In this document: positions 10,423 to 19,330 of the stretch, piece by piece
How the letters are laid out: every line of letters begins with the position of its first letter
How positions within the stretch are numbered: the first letter of the stretch is position 1
From: an uncultured Chlamydiae bacterium
GTDB lineage: Bacteria; Chlamydiota; Chlamydiia; Chlamydiales; SM23-39
Length of the DNA: 64,000 bases
Direction: 5' to 3'
Assembly (NCBI GenBank): GCA_963730605.1
Contig: CAVSSM010000011.1
Span: 32,001-96,000, forward strand
Translations under genes and position numbers: made by a program
Notes under the pieces: model-generated
The model's input: only the letters and a program-made list of their open reading frames with translations
Told to the model about the DNA's origin: nothing
The model's database searches: none

Positions 10423-12264
10423 TCAGAGTTCCATTAATCTCATGTATTCATTGAGTTCAATCATAAATGCATCTCGATCTACGTCTGGATTACGATCTAG
10501 GAATACACCCGCAGCTTGAATGAGTTGAGCGCGACCTGCACCCTTGTTTTCAACTATCAATCCGGCAACGAGCTCATTTGTTGTTTTTCTGACGCCATCC
10601 ACATTTACACCTTTAAGGCGACCTTGAAGCACAGCTACGACCTGGCGTTGCGTCTGTCCAGGAGGACAAACCCTGCGGCCATGTTCTATCGAGTCGCTCA
10701 AAGCCTTAATTATTCCAAAGCGGCAATTTTCTTGTTCTTTTTTCTCAGATTGCTCATTCGCAAAAATCCAGAGTCGAGCAATCAACTCTTCTCCGGAAAT
10801 GCTAAGACGACCGTTATCGATAGTATAAATAGCATTATTGAGTAAAGGAGCCCAATCCTCGTTCTCGGGTGGGCCATGAAGGGCTTGCTGAGCTGTGTTT
10901 TTAATGGCTGAATCACCTGCATAAGCGTTTAAATATTGTTTAAATTCTTCTACAGCTGCACTGATCCTCGTTGGGTTGAGCAGTCCCTGATGCTTTCTTA
11001 GTAATTCGATGGCTTCTCTTGTTTTTGCATCGCGGCTACCATGATGCACATCGATTGCATGCGCCAACTCGGCCATCCCAGCGCGAAAGGGTGGAATCGG
11101 TGGATTTAGTGGTGTTTCCAATATAACGAGCATTCGATAAAGGATAGCTTCATTTTCTAAACCGTTAGCAAGATCTTGAGGAATCTGATGTAATACTCTT
11201 TGCACGCGAGCTTCTCTTTCGTTCCCAGCACGCGCAACTCTCGCAATTATTCTGCTTCTGTCCAAGGCATCCGTTTCTTGATTAATAAGCCTAAATGCCA
11301 GAGTAATAGCTTGTTCACGTTCATTTACAGGGATGCTCGCAACTGATTCAATTATAGAGTATGTTGCGATGCTAGGCATTTGTGGATGAATAAGGGGAGA
11401 TACAAGATTAATAAATTGTACACGTTCATTTGCAGGGATTCTAGCAAAGGTGGCAATTGTAATGCCGAAATTCGCTCTGTCTTGAGTAAAAAGACGAGAT
11501 GCAAGGTTAATAAATTGTACACGTTCATTTGCAGGGATGCTTGCAACCGCTTTAATTATAAAGTACATTTCAATGCTAGGCATTTGTGGATGAATAAGAC
11601 GAGATGCAAAATCCATAACTTGTTCACGTTCATTTGCAGGGGTGCTTGCAACTATTTGAATGATGAATGGTGTGGATGGGTCGTCTATTCTAGTAATCTG
11701 CAATGCAAGATTCATAACTTGTTCATGTTCATTTGCAGGGGTCCTTGCAAGCGTTTGAATTATCAAGCGTCTCACGGTGATACTCGTTTCTGTATTAATA
11801 AGACGAAATGCAAGGTTCATAACTTGTTCGCGGTTATTTGCTGGGATGCTTGCAACTGTTTTAATTATATTATATCTATCGCTGCTAAAAAGCGTTCCTG
11901 CTGGAGGCAAAAAACTAAGTGCAAGGTCAATAACTTGCTTGCGATCATGCGCGGGGATTCTTGCAACGGTTTCAATGATTGCATTACGCATCGGGGCATC
12001 CATGTCTGGATGTATAAGACCAGATGCTTGGGCAGCAATTTGCTCGCGATTATTTGAAACAATCCTACCGTTATTCAAATCTCTTTCTCCCGATGTGTTT
12101 CTGCTTGAGGCGATGGCCCATAAACAACCGATCCCTCCGATAGCAGTAAGGGCCAGCCCAATCGCTCCCATTTGATAAGCGACCGCAAGACCTGCCCCTC
12201 CTACACACCCAGCCGCCAATTTGCAATATTCCATTGTATTCTGGATTCTTATCCCTATTGACAT
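10423..12264 (-). CDS. Repeat-containing effector-like protein, paralog 2 (about 8 x 35-aa repeats)
   Basis: 613 aa ORF with the same architecture as 8501-10039. Confidence 0.8.
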   Translation of the reverse strand: MSIGIRIQNTMEYCKLAAGCVGGAGLAVAYQMGAIGLALTAIGGIGCLWAIASSRNTSGERDLNNGRIVSNNREQIAAQASGLIHPDMDAPMRNAIIETVARIPAHDRKQVIDLALSFLPPAGTLFSSDRYNIIKTVASIPANNREQVMNLAFRLINTETSITVRRLIIQTLARTPANEHEQVMNLALQITRIDDPSTPFIIQIVASTPANEREQVMDFASRLIHPQMPSIEMYFIIKAVASIPANERVQFINLASRLFTQDRANFGITIATFARIPANERVQFINLVSPLIHPQMPSIATYSIIESVASIPVNEREQAITLAFRLINQETDALDRSRIIARVARAGNEREARVQRVLHQIPQDLANGLENEAILYRMLVILETPLNPPIPPFRAGMAELAHAIDVHHGSRDAKTREAIELLRKHQGLLNPTRISAAVEEFKQYLNAYAGDSAIKNTAQQALHGPPENEDWAPLLNNAIYTIDNGRLSISGEELIARLWIFANEQSEKKEQENCRFGIIKALSDSIEHGRRVCPPGQTQRQVVAVLQGRLKGVNVDGVRKTTNELVAGLIVENKGAGRAQLIQAAGVFLDRNPDVDRDAFMIELNEYMRLMEL

Positions 12265-12383
12265 AAATCCCTATATTAGTTTTTAATGTTATAATAATTA
12301 TGAATATTTCAAATTATTTTGTCAACAAATTTAATTAACAAAAACTAGTTTCTTTATAGACACTGGTTTCCCGATTAAGAAGA

Positions 12384-12570
12384 TAAGAGGGTGTCTACAA
12401 AGTGAGGGAACGCCCGAGTTTTTGGATTATTTTGGCCGCTTTTCGACTTCAAAGCTTGGGGGGGGGCCCATATACTGTTGTCGATATTGCCCCCCCCCCA
12501 AGTCTTGAATCGAAAATGGGCTCAAAAGAACCGAAAAATCGACAGAACCTCACATTGTAGACACCCTCTA
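12384..12570. mobile_element. Palindromic MITE-like element, family C
   Basis: TIR AGAGGGTGTCTACAA / TTGTAGACACCCTCT; internal poly-G/poly-C stem. Confidence 0.82.
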
Positions 12571-12573
12571 AGT

Positions 12574-12597
12574 TCGACTTTGTACAATTTTTGGCGA
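12574..12597. repeat. Isolated end of a family B element
   Basis: TCGACTTTGTACAATTTTTGGCGA is the exact reverse complement of 10392-10415. Confidence 0.8.
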
Positions 12598-12604
12598 ATA
12601 GTCT

Positions 12605-13894
12605 CTAAAGTTCGAAGTGGTCGGGGAGGCGGGTGCCGGCAGTGACGATGATGATCCCGTCTCGGATAAAGACCCCTTCGCCGCTGTCATACTGCTCTTT
12701 TTTTTCTTTGTTGATCAGCTGCACCCGATTGCCGATCCAGACGTGCTCGTCGATGATCGCTTTTTCAATGAGGCAGTTTTCCCCGATCGCAAAGTCTTTC
12801 GGAATCGGCTTCCCTTCAAGGCTCGGAGGCATGTAAAAGTGGTTTCCCATCATGACCGTATCGCGCATGATGGTCCCTTTTTTGATGTGGGACCTTAAGC
12901 CGATGATGCAATTTGTGATTTCTTTCGCTTCGATGACGCTCCCTTCGCAGATGATCGAATCTTTGATCACGGTCGATTTGATCTTCGGCCCGGGCAGAAA
13001 TGTCGGCCGCGTGTAGATGGGGCGCTTTTCATCATAGGTATCGAGTCCTTTTTCGGAGCGATTCAGGATGAGGTTCGCCTCATAATAGGATGCCACGGTC
13101 CCGATGTCTTCCCAATAACCATCAAAGACAAACGCCGCTGTTTTCCCTTTTTTGACCGCAGTGTCGATCAAGTGGTAGCCGAAATCGTGGCGCCCGTCTT
13201 GGCGCAAAAGCTCAGTCAGCGAGGCCCTTTTGAAAACGTAAATGCCCATTGACCCGAGATAGACAGGGGCATTCGCAGGTTCGAGCTCTCGTTCTTTGAA
13301 GAATGCATCCTTGAGGAGAAATTCTTCCAAAATAGCGACCTCTTTAGGTTTTTCGACAAACTCGGTGACTTTGCAATCAAGATCGATCTTGAGAAGCCCC
13401 ATCCGGCGAGCGTCTTTCTCGTGAACAGGGATGGCAGCGATGGTCAACTCGGCTTTTTTCTCGATTGCGAATGCGACCATGCTCTGAAAATCAATATTGT
13501 ACAATTGATCGCCGGACAAGATGAGGAAATAGTCGGCGCTCGATTTGAGGAGGGTCTGCAGGTTCTGCCGGACGGCATCGGCAGTCCCGGCGAAGAACAT
13601 TTTTTCTCCCTTTTCGTTTTCTTGAGGGGTTAAAACGTCGATCGACCCAGGGTTGAAAGCGTCGAAGCGGTAGGTTTGGTTGATGTGATGCTGCAGTTCC
13701 CCGGAAAGATACTGAGCGATCACGAAAATCTGGCGGAAATCGGAATTGATCGAGTTCGAGATGGGAATATCGATCAAGCGGTAGCGACCCCCATACGAAA
13801 CGGCCGGTTTCGAGTGGTGGATCGTCAGGGGATGAAGGCGCGTCCCTTGCCCTCCGGCAAGGATGATCGTTGCGACTTGGAATGACTTGGGCAT
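12605..13894 (-). CDS. glgC: Glucose-1-phosphate adenylyltransferase
   Basis: ILAGGQGTRLHPLT, KPAV, GTADAVRQN and YWEDIGT motifs. Confidence 0.95.
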   Translation of the reverse strand: MPKSFQVATIILAGGQGTRLHPLTIHHSKPAVSYGGRYRLIDIPISNSINSDFRQIFVIAQYLSGELQHHINQTYRFDAFNPGSIDVLTPQENEKGEKMFFAGTADAVRQNLQTLLKSSADYFLILSGDQLYNIDFQSMVAFAIEKKAELTIAAIPVHEKDARRMGLLKIDLDCKVTEFVEKPKEVAILEEFLLKDAFFKERELEPANAPVYLGSMGIYVFKRASLTELLRQDGRHDFGYHLIDTAVKKGKTAAFVFDGYWEDIGTVASYYEANLILNRSEKGLDTYDEKRPIYTRPTFLPGPKIKSTVIKDSIICEGSVIEAKEITNCIIGLRSHIKKGTIMRDTVMMGNHFYMPPSLEGKPIPKDFAIGENCLIEKAIIDEHVWIGNRVQLINKEKKEQYDSGEGVFIRDGIIIVTAGTRLPDHFEL

Positions 13895-13897
13895 CTA

Positions 13898-13926
13898 TTT
13901 CACACTTTTTGAGCGGTCGCAGTATA
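13898..13926. repeat. Isolated end of a family A element directly upstream of glgC
   Basis: 29-bp identity to 22334-22362 (TTTCACACTTTTTGAGCGGTCGCAGTATA). Confidence 0.85.
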
Positions 13927-13964
13927 ACCCGCACCATAGGGAGGGGGGGCTTTTTGATCAACCT

Positions 13965-14894
13965 TTATACCGAATCGATAGAAAGGCCGGGAGCGAAGAG
14001 GCTGGCGTTATAGGAAGAGCGGACAAAGGGGCCTGAGTACATGTGGGGGACGCCGAGAGATCTCCCATAGGCAGCGTACTTTTCGAACTCATCGGGAGTG
14101 ATGAAGGATTTGACTCTGAGTTTATTGCGGCTTGCCTGGAGATATTGGCCGATCGTGATGATATCGCAGCCGGCCCTCTGAAGATCTTGGATCGTCTTTT
14201 CGACCTCCTCTCTCTTTTCCCCAAGCCCGACCATGATCCCCGATTTCACGAAAACGGTTCGCCCTGAATTCTTTGCATGGCGAAGCACATCTAAGGTTCT
14301 ATCGTACTGAGCGATATGGCGCACGCGAGGAGAGAGGGAGCGGACGGTCTCGATATTGTGGTTGAAGATCTCCGGCTTTTCCGCAAGGACGAGATCGAGA
14401 GCTGGCAAATTTCCGGAAAAGTCGGAGGTCAAAAGTTCGATCGTCGTCTTCGGATTCCTATTCCGAACGGCGCTCATGATCTTGGCAATATGGGAGGCGC
14501 CGAAATCGGGGAGATCGTCGCGGGCGACCATCGTTATCACCGCGTGCTTGAGCCCCAGCTCTTTGACTGACTCAGCGATCCTCTCCGGTTCATCGGCCTC
14601 AGGCGCTTTTGGCTTTTTCGCAAAATCAATATCGCAAAAGCCGCAGTTGCGGGTGCATTCTTTGCCAAGGGCTAAGAAGGTCGCCGTCTTTTTCGTGAAA
14701 CATTCGAGGCGGTTCGGGCATTTCGCCTCTTCGCAGACCGTATTGAGCCGGTATTTTTCCAAAATCGCATTCGTTTGAAAGATCTCTCCCCCTCTTGGGA
14801 TCTTGCGATGCAACCACGAAGGGAAACGCCCCGTTATTTTCCCATCTAACTTTTCTTTTTCCGGGTTCTCTGGCAAAATATTCAGCTTGCTCAT
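13965..14894 (-). CDS. lipA: Lipoyl synthase
   Basis: CEEAKCPNRLEC, CTRNCGFC and RSSY motifs. Confidence 0.96.
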   Translation of the reverse strand: MSKLNILPENPEKEKLDGKITGRFPSWLHRKIPRGGEIFQTNAILEKYRLNTVCEEAKCPNRLECFTKKTATFLALGKECTRNCGFCDIDFAKKPKAPEADEPERIAESVKELGLKHAVITMVARDDLPDFGASHIAKIMSAVRNRNPKTTIELLTSDFSGNLPALDLVLAEKPEIFNHNIETVRSLSPRVRHIAQYDRTLDVLRHAKNSGRTVFVKSGIMVGLGEKREEVEKTIQDLQRAGCDIITIGQYLQASRNKLRVKSFITPDEFEKYAAYGRSLGVPHMYSGPFVRSSYNASLFAPGLSIDSV

Positions 14895-16291
14895 AACCTC
14901 TTTGGGGGGAAGTTGATCGGGCGGTCGGCTGCCAAGAGCGCGGCTTCGAGCCAGCTCTCTCCTAGGGTCGGGTGAGCATGGATCGTCCCAATCACCGACT
15001 CTACCGTCAGTTCATTTTGGATGGCAAGGGCCATTTCTGCAATCAGGTTCGACGCTTCGTGGCCGATGACGGTAGCGCCGAGGATTTGCCCTGTTTTTTT
15101 GTCCGAGACGATTTGAGAAAACCCTTCAGTCTCAAGCGCGGCTTGGGCCTTGCCGAGCGCCATGAACGGGAGCGTACCGGCGACGGCGTTATACCCTGCG
15201 CTTTGCGCTGCCTCCAAGGTCATGCCAACGGTGGCGATCTCAGGCGAGGTGAAGACGACGGCAGGCACTGCCTCGTAATGCATTTTCTCCTCTTGGCCGG
15301 CTGCGTTCGTTGCGGCGACGATCCCCTGATGGGAAGCGACGTGGGCGAGCATCCATTTTCCTACGCAATCGCCGATCGCATAGATCCCCTTTACCTCGGT
15401 CTCCATGCGGTCGTCTGTTTTGATTTGACCTTTTTCCGACAGCGACAAGCCGGCTTTCTCAAGACGAAGCCCGTCGGTATAGATTTTGCGTCCGACCGAA
15501 ACCAAACAAAGATCGGCGTCCAAGGTTTGCCCCCCATCGAGCGCGACGCGGGCCTGTTGCCTCGTGTTTTCTACTTTAAGCACCTTGACGCTCGTTTGGA
15601 TCTCGATCCCCCTGGCAGTAAAAGATTTTGTCATGAATTGGGAAATCTCCCGCCCTTGGGCCGTCAAAATCATTGGCAGCGCTTCTAAGATGGTCACTTT
15701 CGCCCCGAGTTCGGCAAAAAGCGTTGCGAACTCGCAGCCAATATATCCGCCGCCAATAATTGCGAGGCTTTTGGGCATTGCGGTGACTTCGAGCATCGAT
15801 GTCGAATCCAAAATCCGCTTATGGTCGCAAGGAAATGCCGGCACTTCGAGCGGCACGGAGCCTGTCGCGATGATGATCTGGTCCGCGGTAACGAAGACAT
15901 CGTCTTGACCGATCACTTTTAGCTCCCGGGGCGATTCGAATTGCGCATTTCCTCGCAAGACAGCGATCTTGTTCGATTTGAGCAGTCCTTCGAGGCCTCC
16001 CCTGAGTTTTGCGACGACTCCATCTTTGCGCGCCTTCATCTTCTCATAATGGAAGGAGATTGGGCCTGTAGAGATCCCGAACTGCTCCGCCCGTTTCACC
16101 TGATGGTAGACGGCCGCATTCGCAAGGAGCGCTTTACTGGGGATGCATCCCACGTTGAGGCACGAGCCTCCTAAGAGCCCCTTTTCGATCAAGGCGACCG
16201 ATTTGCCAAGTTGGGCCGCCCGAATGGCTGCCGTATATCCCCCTGGCCCCGAACCGATCACCGCGATGTTGAAATTTTTTTTCTCTGCCAT
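14891..16291 (-). CDS. lpdA: Dihydrolipoamide dehydrogenase
   Basis: GSGPGG, GGSCLNVGCIPSK and HAHPTLGE motifs. Confidence 0.96.
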   Translation of the reverse strand: MAEKKNFNIAVIGSGPGGYTAAIRAAQLGKSVALIEKGLLGGSCLNVGCIPSKALLANAAVYHQVKRAEQFGISTGPISFHYEKMKARKDGVVAKLRGGLEGLLKSNKIAVLRGNAQFESPRELKVIGQDDVFVTADQIIIATGSVPLEVPAFPCDHKRILDSTSMLEVTAMPKSLAIIGGGYIGCEFATLFAELGAKVTILEALPMILTAQGREISQFMTKSFTARGIEIQTSVKVLKVENTRQQARVALDGGQTLDADLCLVSVGRKIYTDGLRLEKAGLSLSEKGQIKTDDRMETEVKGIYAIGDCVGKWMLAHVASHQGIVAATNAAGQEEKMHYEAVPAVVFTSPEIATVGMTLEAAQSAGYNAVAGTLPFMALGKAQAALETEGFSQIVSDKKTGQILGATVIGHEASNLIAEMALAIQNELTVESVIGTIHAHPTLGESWLEAALLAADRPINFPPKRL

Positions 16292-16337
16292 GAAATCCTC
16301 TTTGGCACTATTTTAGCCTGGGGCGTAAATTCAGAAA

Positions 16338-16829
16338 ATGGCTAAGATAATTGGCATGGACGAAAGGGCGCGAAAGCTGAAAAAGCGGCAAAAACTCTGC
16401 CACAACTGTGAAGGGGAAATCGATCTCGATGTGATCGTGTGCCCCTTTTGCGCGGCCGATCTCAGGGAGGAAAAGCCGGAAGCAGGGCGCTACGGCAGCC
16501 ACGCTGTTCAGAAGCAAGTCCTAGAAGCGCAGACTTCCCAATCTCTCTACCCTCCCCCCTTTCCCATCAAACAACCAGAACCTGTCCCTGAAGCGCCTGC
16601 CCGCCATCTTCCAGAGGCGGCCGCTCTCGATGAAGAAACTCCTAATCTCTTTGGCCCCACGATTCTTTTCGCCCTCGGCGTCCATCTTGTCCTGGTTGGG
16701 ATTCTCATGCTCCTCTTTTCCCATAAGGGCGTCGTTGTCCTGAAATGGAACGCGAACTGGTGGTTTCTCTATTGCCTCGGGGGATCGCCTTTGCTTTATT
16801 ACGGATATCGGATGCTCTCTAAGCTCTAA
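16338..16829 (+). CDS. Hypothetical membrane protein with N-terminal zinc ribbon
   Basis: CHNC...CPFC plus two C-terminal TM helices; divergent from lpdA. Confidence 0.75.
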   Translation: MAKIIGMDERARKLKKRQKLCHNCEGEIDLDVIVCPFCAADLREEKPEAGRYGSHAVQKQVLEAQTSQSLYPPPFPIKQPEPVPEAPARHLPEAAALDEETPNLFGPTILFALGVHLVLVGILMLLFSHKGVVVLKWNANWWFLYCLGGSPLLYYGYRMLSKL

Positions 16830-16946
16830 CCTTGCCATATTCTCGGCCATATTCTCGATTTTTTCGGAGAATCGCCGCAGAAGAGAGCGCGACGTAAAAT
16901 AAACAGTAGTTTATCCTGTTTGAACGTTTTTAACAAGGAGAATTTT

Positions 16947-17180
16947 ATGGGTGTTCGTTTGAATGTAGCAGCAAACAATCCAGTGGTGCACGCGGGAGCA
17001 GGTGGTGGTCTTCGTGTCCTAGCCCCTGACGCTTTGCAACACTTGGCAAACTTGCCCAATTTGGTTGGGCTCAACCTGGGACAGGATCGGATCAACGCTG
17101 CCGGCTTGGCTGCTCTCGCCAACCTGCCTCTTCTCGTCAATCTGCAATTAGGGCCGCAGCCATATCAATATTTGCCATAG
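16947..17180 (+). CDS. 77-aa miniature leucine-rich-repeat protein
   Basis: AAGGAG RBS before ATG 16947; two LRR-like units (LANLPNLVGLNLG, LANLPLLVNLQLG). Confidence 0.6.
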   Translation: MGVRLNVAANNPVVHAGAGGGLRVLAPDALQHLANLPNLVGLNLGQDRINAAGLAALANLPLLVNLQLGPQPYQYLP

Positions 17181-17226
17181 CACTGAGCATCATTGCAAGT
17201 CATTGAGAAATTCGAGAATCGCATCC

Positions 17227-17250
17227 CCACTTGCCCTACTCGGCAAGTGG
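17227..17250. terminator. Hairpin between convergent genes
   Basis: CCACTTGCC-N6-GGCAAGTGG. Confidence 0.5.
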
Positions 17251-17266
17251 CGGCTTTACCCTGTTC

Positions 17267-18715
17267 TTACACAAGCGGACCTAGGAGAAAGAAAATCAAA
17301 TAGAGAAGGATCGTTGGACCCGCGGCCATGAGAAAGAGGCTCAAAAATTTGATCCCCCCTTCAAAATGACGCTGCAGGATCGTGTATCCGGCGGGATTCG
17401 GAGCATTGGCGATGACCGTCAGCCCGCCTCCGGCAATGACCCCTGTGAATACCGCGTATTTGTATGCGTCGCCCCAATTCGGCACGAGGGTCGAGAGATA
17501 GGAGATCGCGGTATTATCGTTGAACCCGGTTAAGAGGATCGCGACCCCCATCACCGAGAGGGGCTTTAGCCCATGAAGCAAGCTCACCACCCACCAGCCT
17601 TGCAAGCCGCTGTGAATGACAAGCCCTGCGAGGAAGAGGCCGACCAGCATCGGCTGCGCTAAGCGGATGGGGTATTGGTGGGCTCTTGTCGCTTGGTGGA
17701 AACCGATGAAAAAGAGAAAGCTCGCGATGAATATAGCCGTATAATGGGAAACGACGACGATCCAGGCGATGAAAAGGACGTGGACGAAGGTGATCCATTT
17801 CGGGATCGGGGTTTCCTTTTCTTTGAGGGGATCGAGAACGTGCGAAGCGGCAAGCCTCGTTTTTTTTTCATCGAGGATTTTAAATTCTTTTCGGAAGAAA
17901 AACCAATAGATCGTGTTCGAGAGGATGATGCCGAGCGCGGCCTTCCAGCCGAAAATGAGGAACATGTCGACCGTTGTCCAGTGCCAGCAGTGCGCCAGCA
18001 CTAACACGGCTGGAGAGGCGAAATCAGTGAGGATTCCTCCAACGGAGACATTGACGAAAAGGAGCGCGATCGTGGCGTAAGCGAGGCTTTTGCTCGGCTG
18101 GAACGAATAGAATTGACGGGTGAGAAGGAGCGCGCAAAGGGTCATCGCCCCGGCTTCGGTGATGAGAGACCCGAGCAGCGGGCCGATGGTCAGAAGTGTG
18201 AACCACCAGGCCGATAGGGATCCTCCGAGCCATTTGGCGCACCACTGGATCGTAGCTGACGCGATATGGATGATGGGTTTTGTCGCAGCGAGCGACAGGA
18301 TGACAGCGACAAAAAGCGCTTCGGTATAATCGCGGGTGTTGATGTATTCAAGGCCGATCCTCCATCCATAGGTAAAGATCATCCCTAAAAAAAGGGGGAT
18401 CGCCCAGAAAGCGAAGATCACCTCTACCTTCGAGAGAAAAAAGAGGAGGTGGACCGGAATGCTTCTTTCCCATCTTTTGCCGCGCCTTTTCGGCGCCTGA
18501 TGCGCCTCGACAGCCCGCGCCCAGCTATGGACCCGATTAGCTATTAGGGTATGGACGATTGCCAATGCAAATAAAAGAAGCGCAAAGAGATGGAAAGAAG
18601 TGAAATGGAGCGACTCGAGTTGAAGGAGGACCGGATGCTTGAGGCAATCGTACCTTTGCGGGTTTTTGACCAATTCGGCAAGGAGAGGGACCATACTTCC
18701 TAAGTACTCGATCAA
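17267..18715 (-). CDS. Putative Na+/H+ antiporter (DUF1504-like)
   Basis: Multi-TM protein with GSLITEAGAMT, DNTAISYL and GGGLTVIANAPNPAG motifs. Confidence 0.75.
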   Translation of the reverse strand: MIEYLGSMVPLLAELVKNPQRYDCLKHPVLLQLESLHFTSFHLFALLLFALAIVHTLIANRVHSWARAVEAHQAPKRRGKRWERSIPVHLLFFLSKVEVIFAFWAIPLFLGMIFTYGWRIGLEYINTRDYTEALFVAVILSLAATKPIIHIASATIQWCAKWLGGSLSAWWFTLLTIGPLLGSLITEAGAMTLCALLLTRQFYSFQPSKSLAYATIALLFVNVSVGGILTDFASPAVLVLAHCWHWTTVDMFLIFGWKAALGIILSNTIYWFFFRKEFKILDEKKTRLAASHVLDPLKEKETPIPKWITFVHVLFIAWIVVVSHYTAIFIASFLFFIGFHQATRAHQYPIRLAQPMLVGLFLAGLVIHSGLQGWWVVSLLHGLKPLSVMGVAILLTGFNDNTAISYLSTLVPNWGDAYKYAVFTGVIAGGGLTVIANAPNPAGYTILQRHFEGGIKFLSLFLMAAGPTILLYLIFFLLGPLV

Positions 18716-18752
18716 AACTTAAATTTCGAGACCAGAAGCGATTCCAAATTTT

Positions 18753-19247
18753 TTAATTTTTGTGGGAGATCTTGCCGCCGGTGACGGAGCCGCGGATTTT
18801 CGAGCCGGGGTAGAGGAGAACCTCGCCATTGCCCCCTTCGAAGACGACCGGTCCATCCACGATCGTCCCGCTTTTTAACTCAATGACTTGCTTGGCCCTG
18901 AATGCGGGGTCGCGCCGGACCGTGATTCCAGAAAGCTTGCATTTTGAAAAGAGGGCCTTTTGCCCCGTAAAGGTAATGGGCTGGCAAAACTCAGAGTCGG
19001 ACGCTTGCAGCGAACCGATCACGCCGACTGGAGCTTGAAGAGTGGAGCTGTTAAGTTGCACTACCCCTTCCGCTTCGATTTCGTGGAGATGGGCGGAATT
19101 GGCGATGAGGTTTCCCGTCACCTTCAAAAGCTTGGAGACGGTCGTCTTGCTGAATTTAACGGTGCCCAACACCTCGAGCGATTCGAGGGTTACCTCGCCA
19201 TAGGAATCCGAACCGATTTTGACGGGCGCCGCCGCCGTCAAAATCAT
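18753..19247 (-). CDS. Hypothetical protein, possibly beta-solenoid; may start slightly upstream
   Basis: 164 aa ORF rich in V/G beta-type patterns, downstream of secA. Confidence 0.55.
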   Translation of the reverse strand: MILTAAAPVKIGSDSYGEVTLESLEVLGTVKFSKTTVSKLLKVTGNLIANSAHLHEIEAEGVVQLNSSTLQAPVGVIGSLQASDSEFCQPITFTGQKALFSKCKLSGITVRRDPAFRAKQVIELKSGTIVDGPVVFEGGNGEVLLYPGSKIRGSVTGGKISHKN

Positions 19248-19330
19248 GGCAAAGAGGGCGGCAATTATTAACCGGAGGGGGAAACAGGTGGCAACAAATG
19301 GGTTAGCGAGGCAAAGAGAACTCGGGTTAA

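Noticed and set aside
9240..12060. Diversity-generating retroelement acting on the repeat genes
   Set aside because: No reverse transcriptase in the window, and repeat differences are not adenine-specific
8594..12175. Plus-strand ORFs inside the effector paralogs
   Set aside because: Antisense shadows of the repeat-coding minus-strand genes
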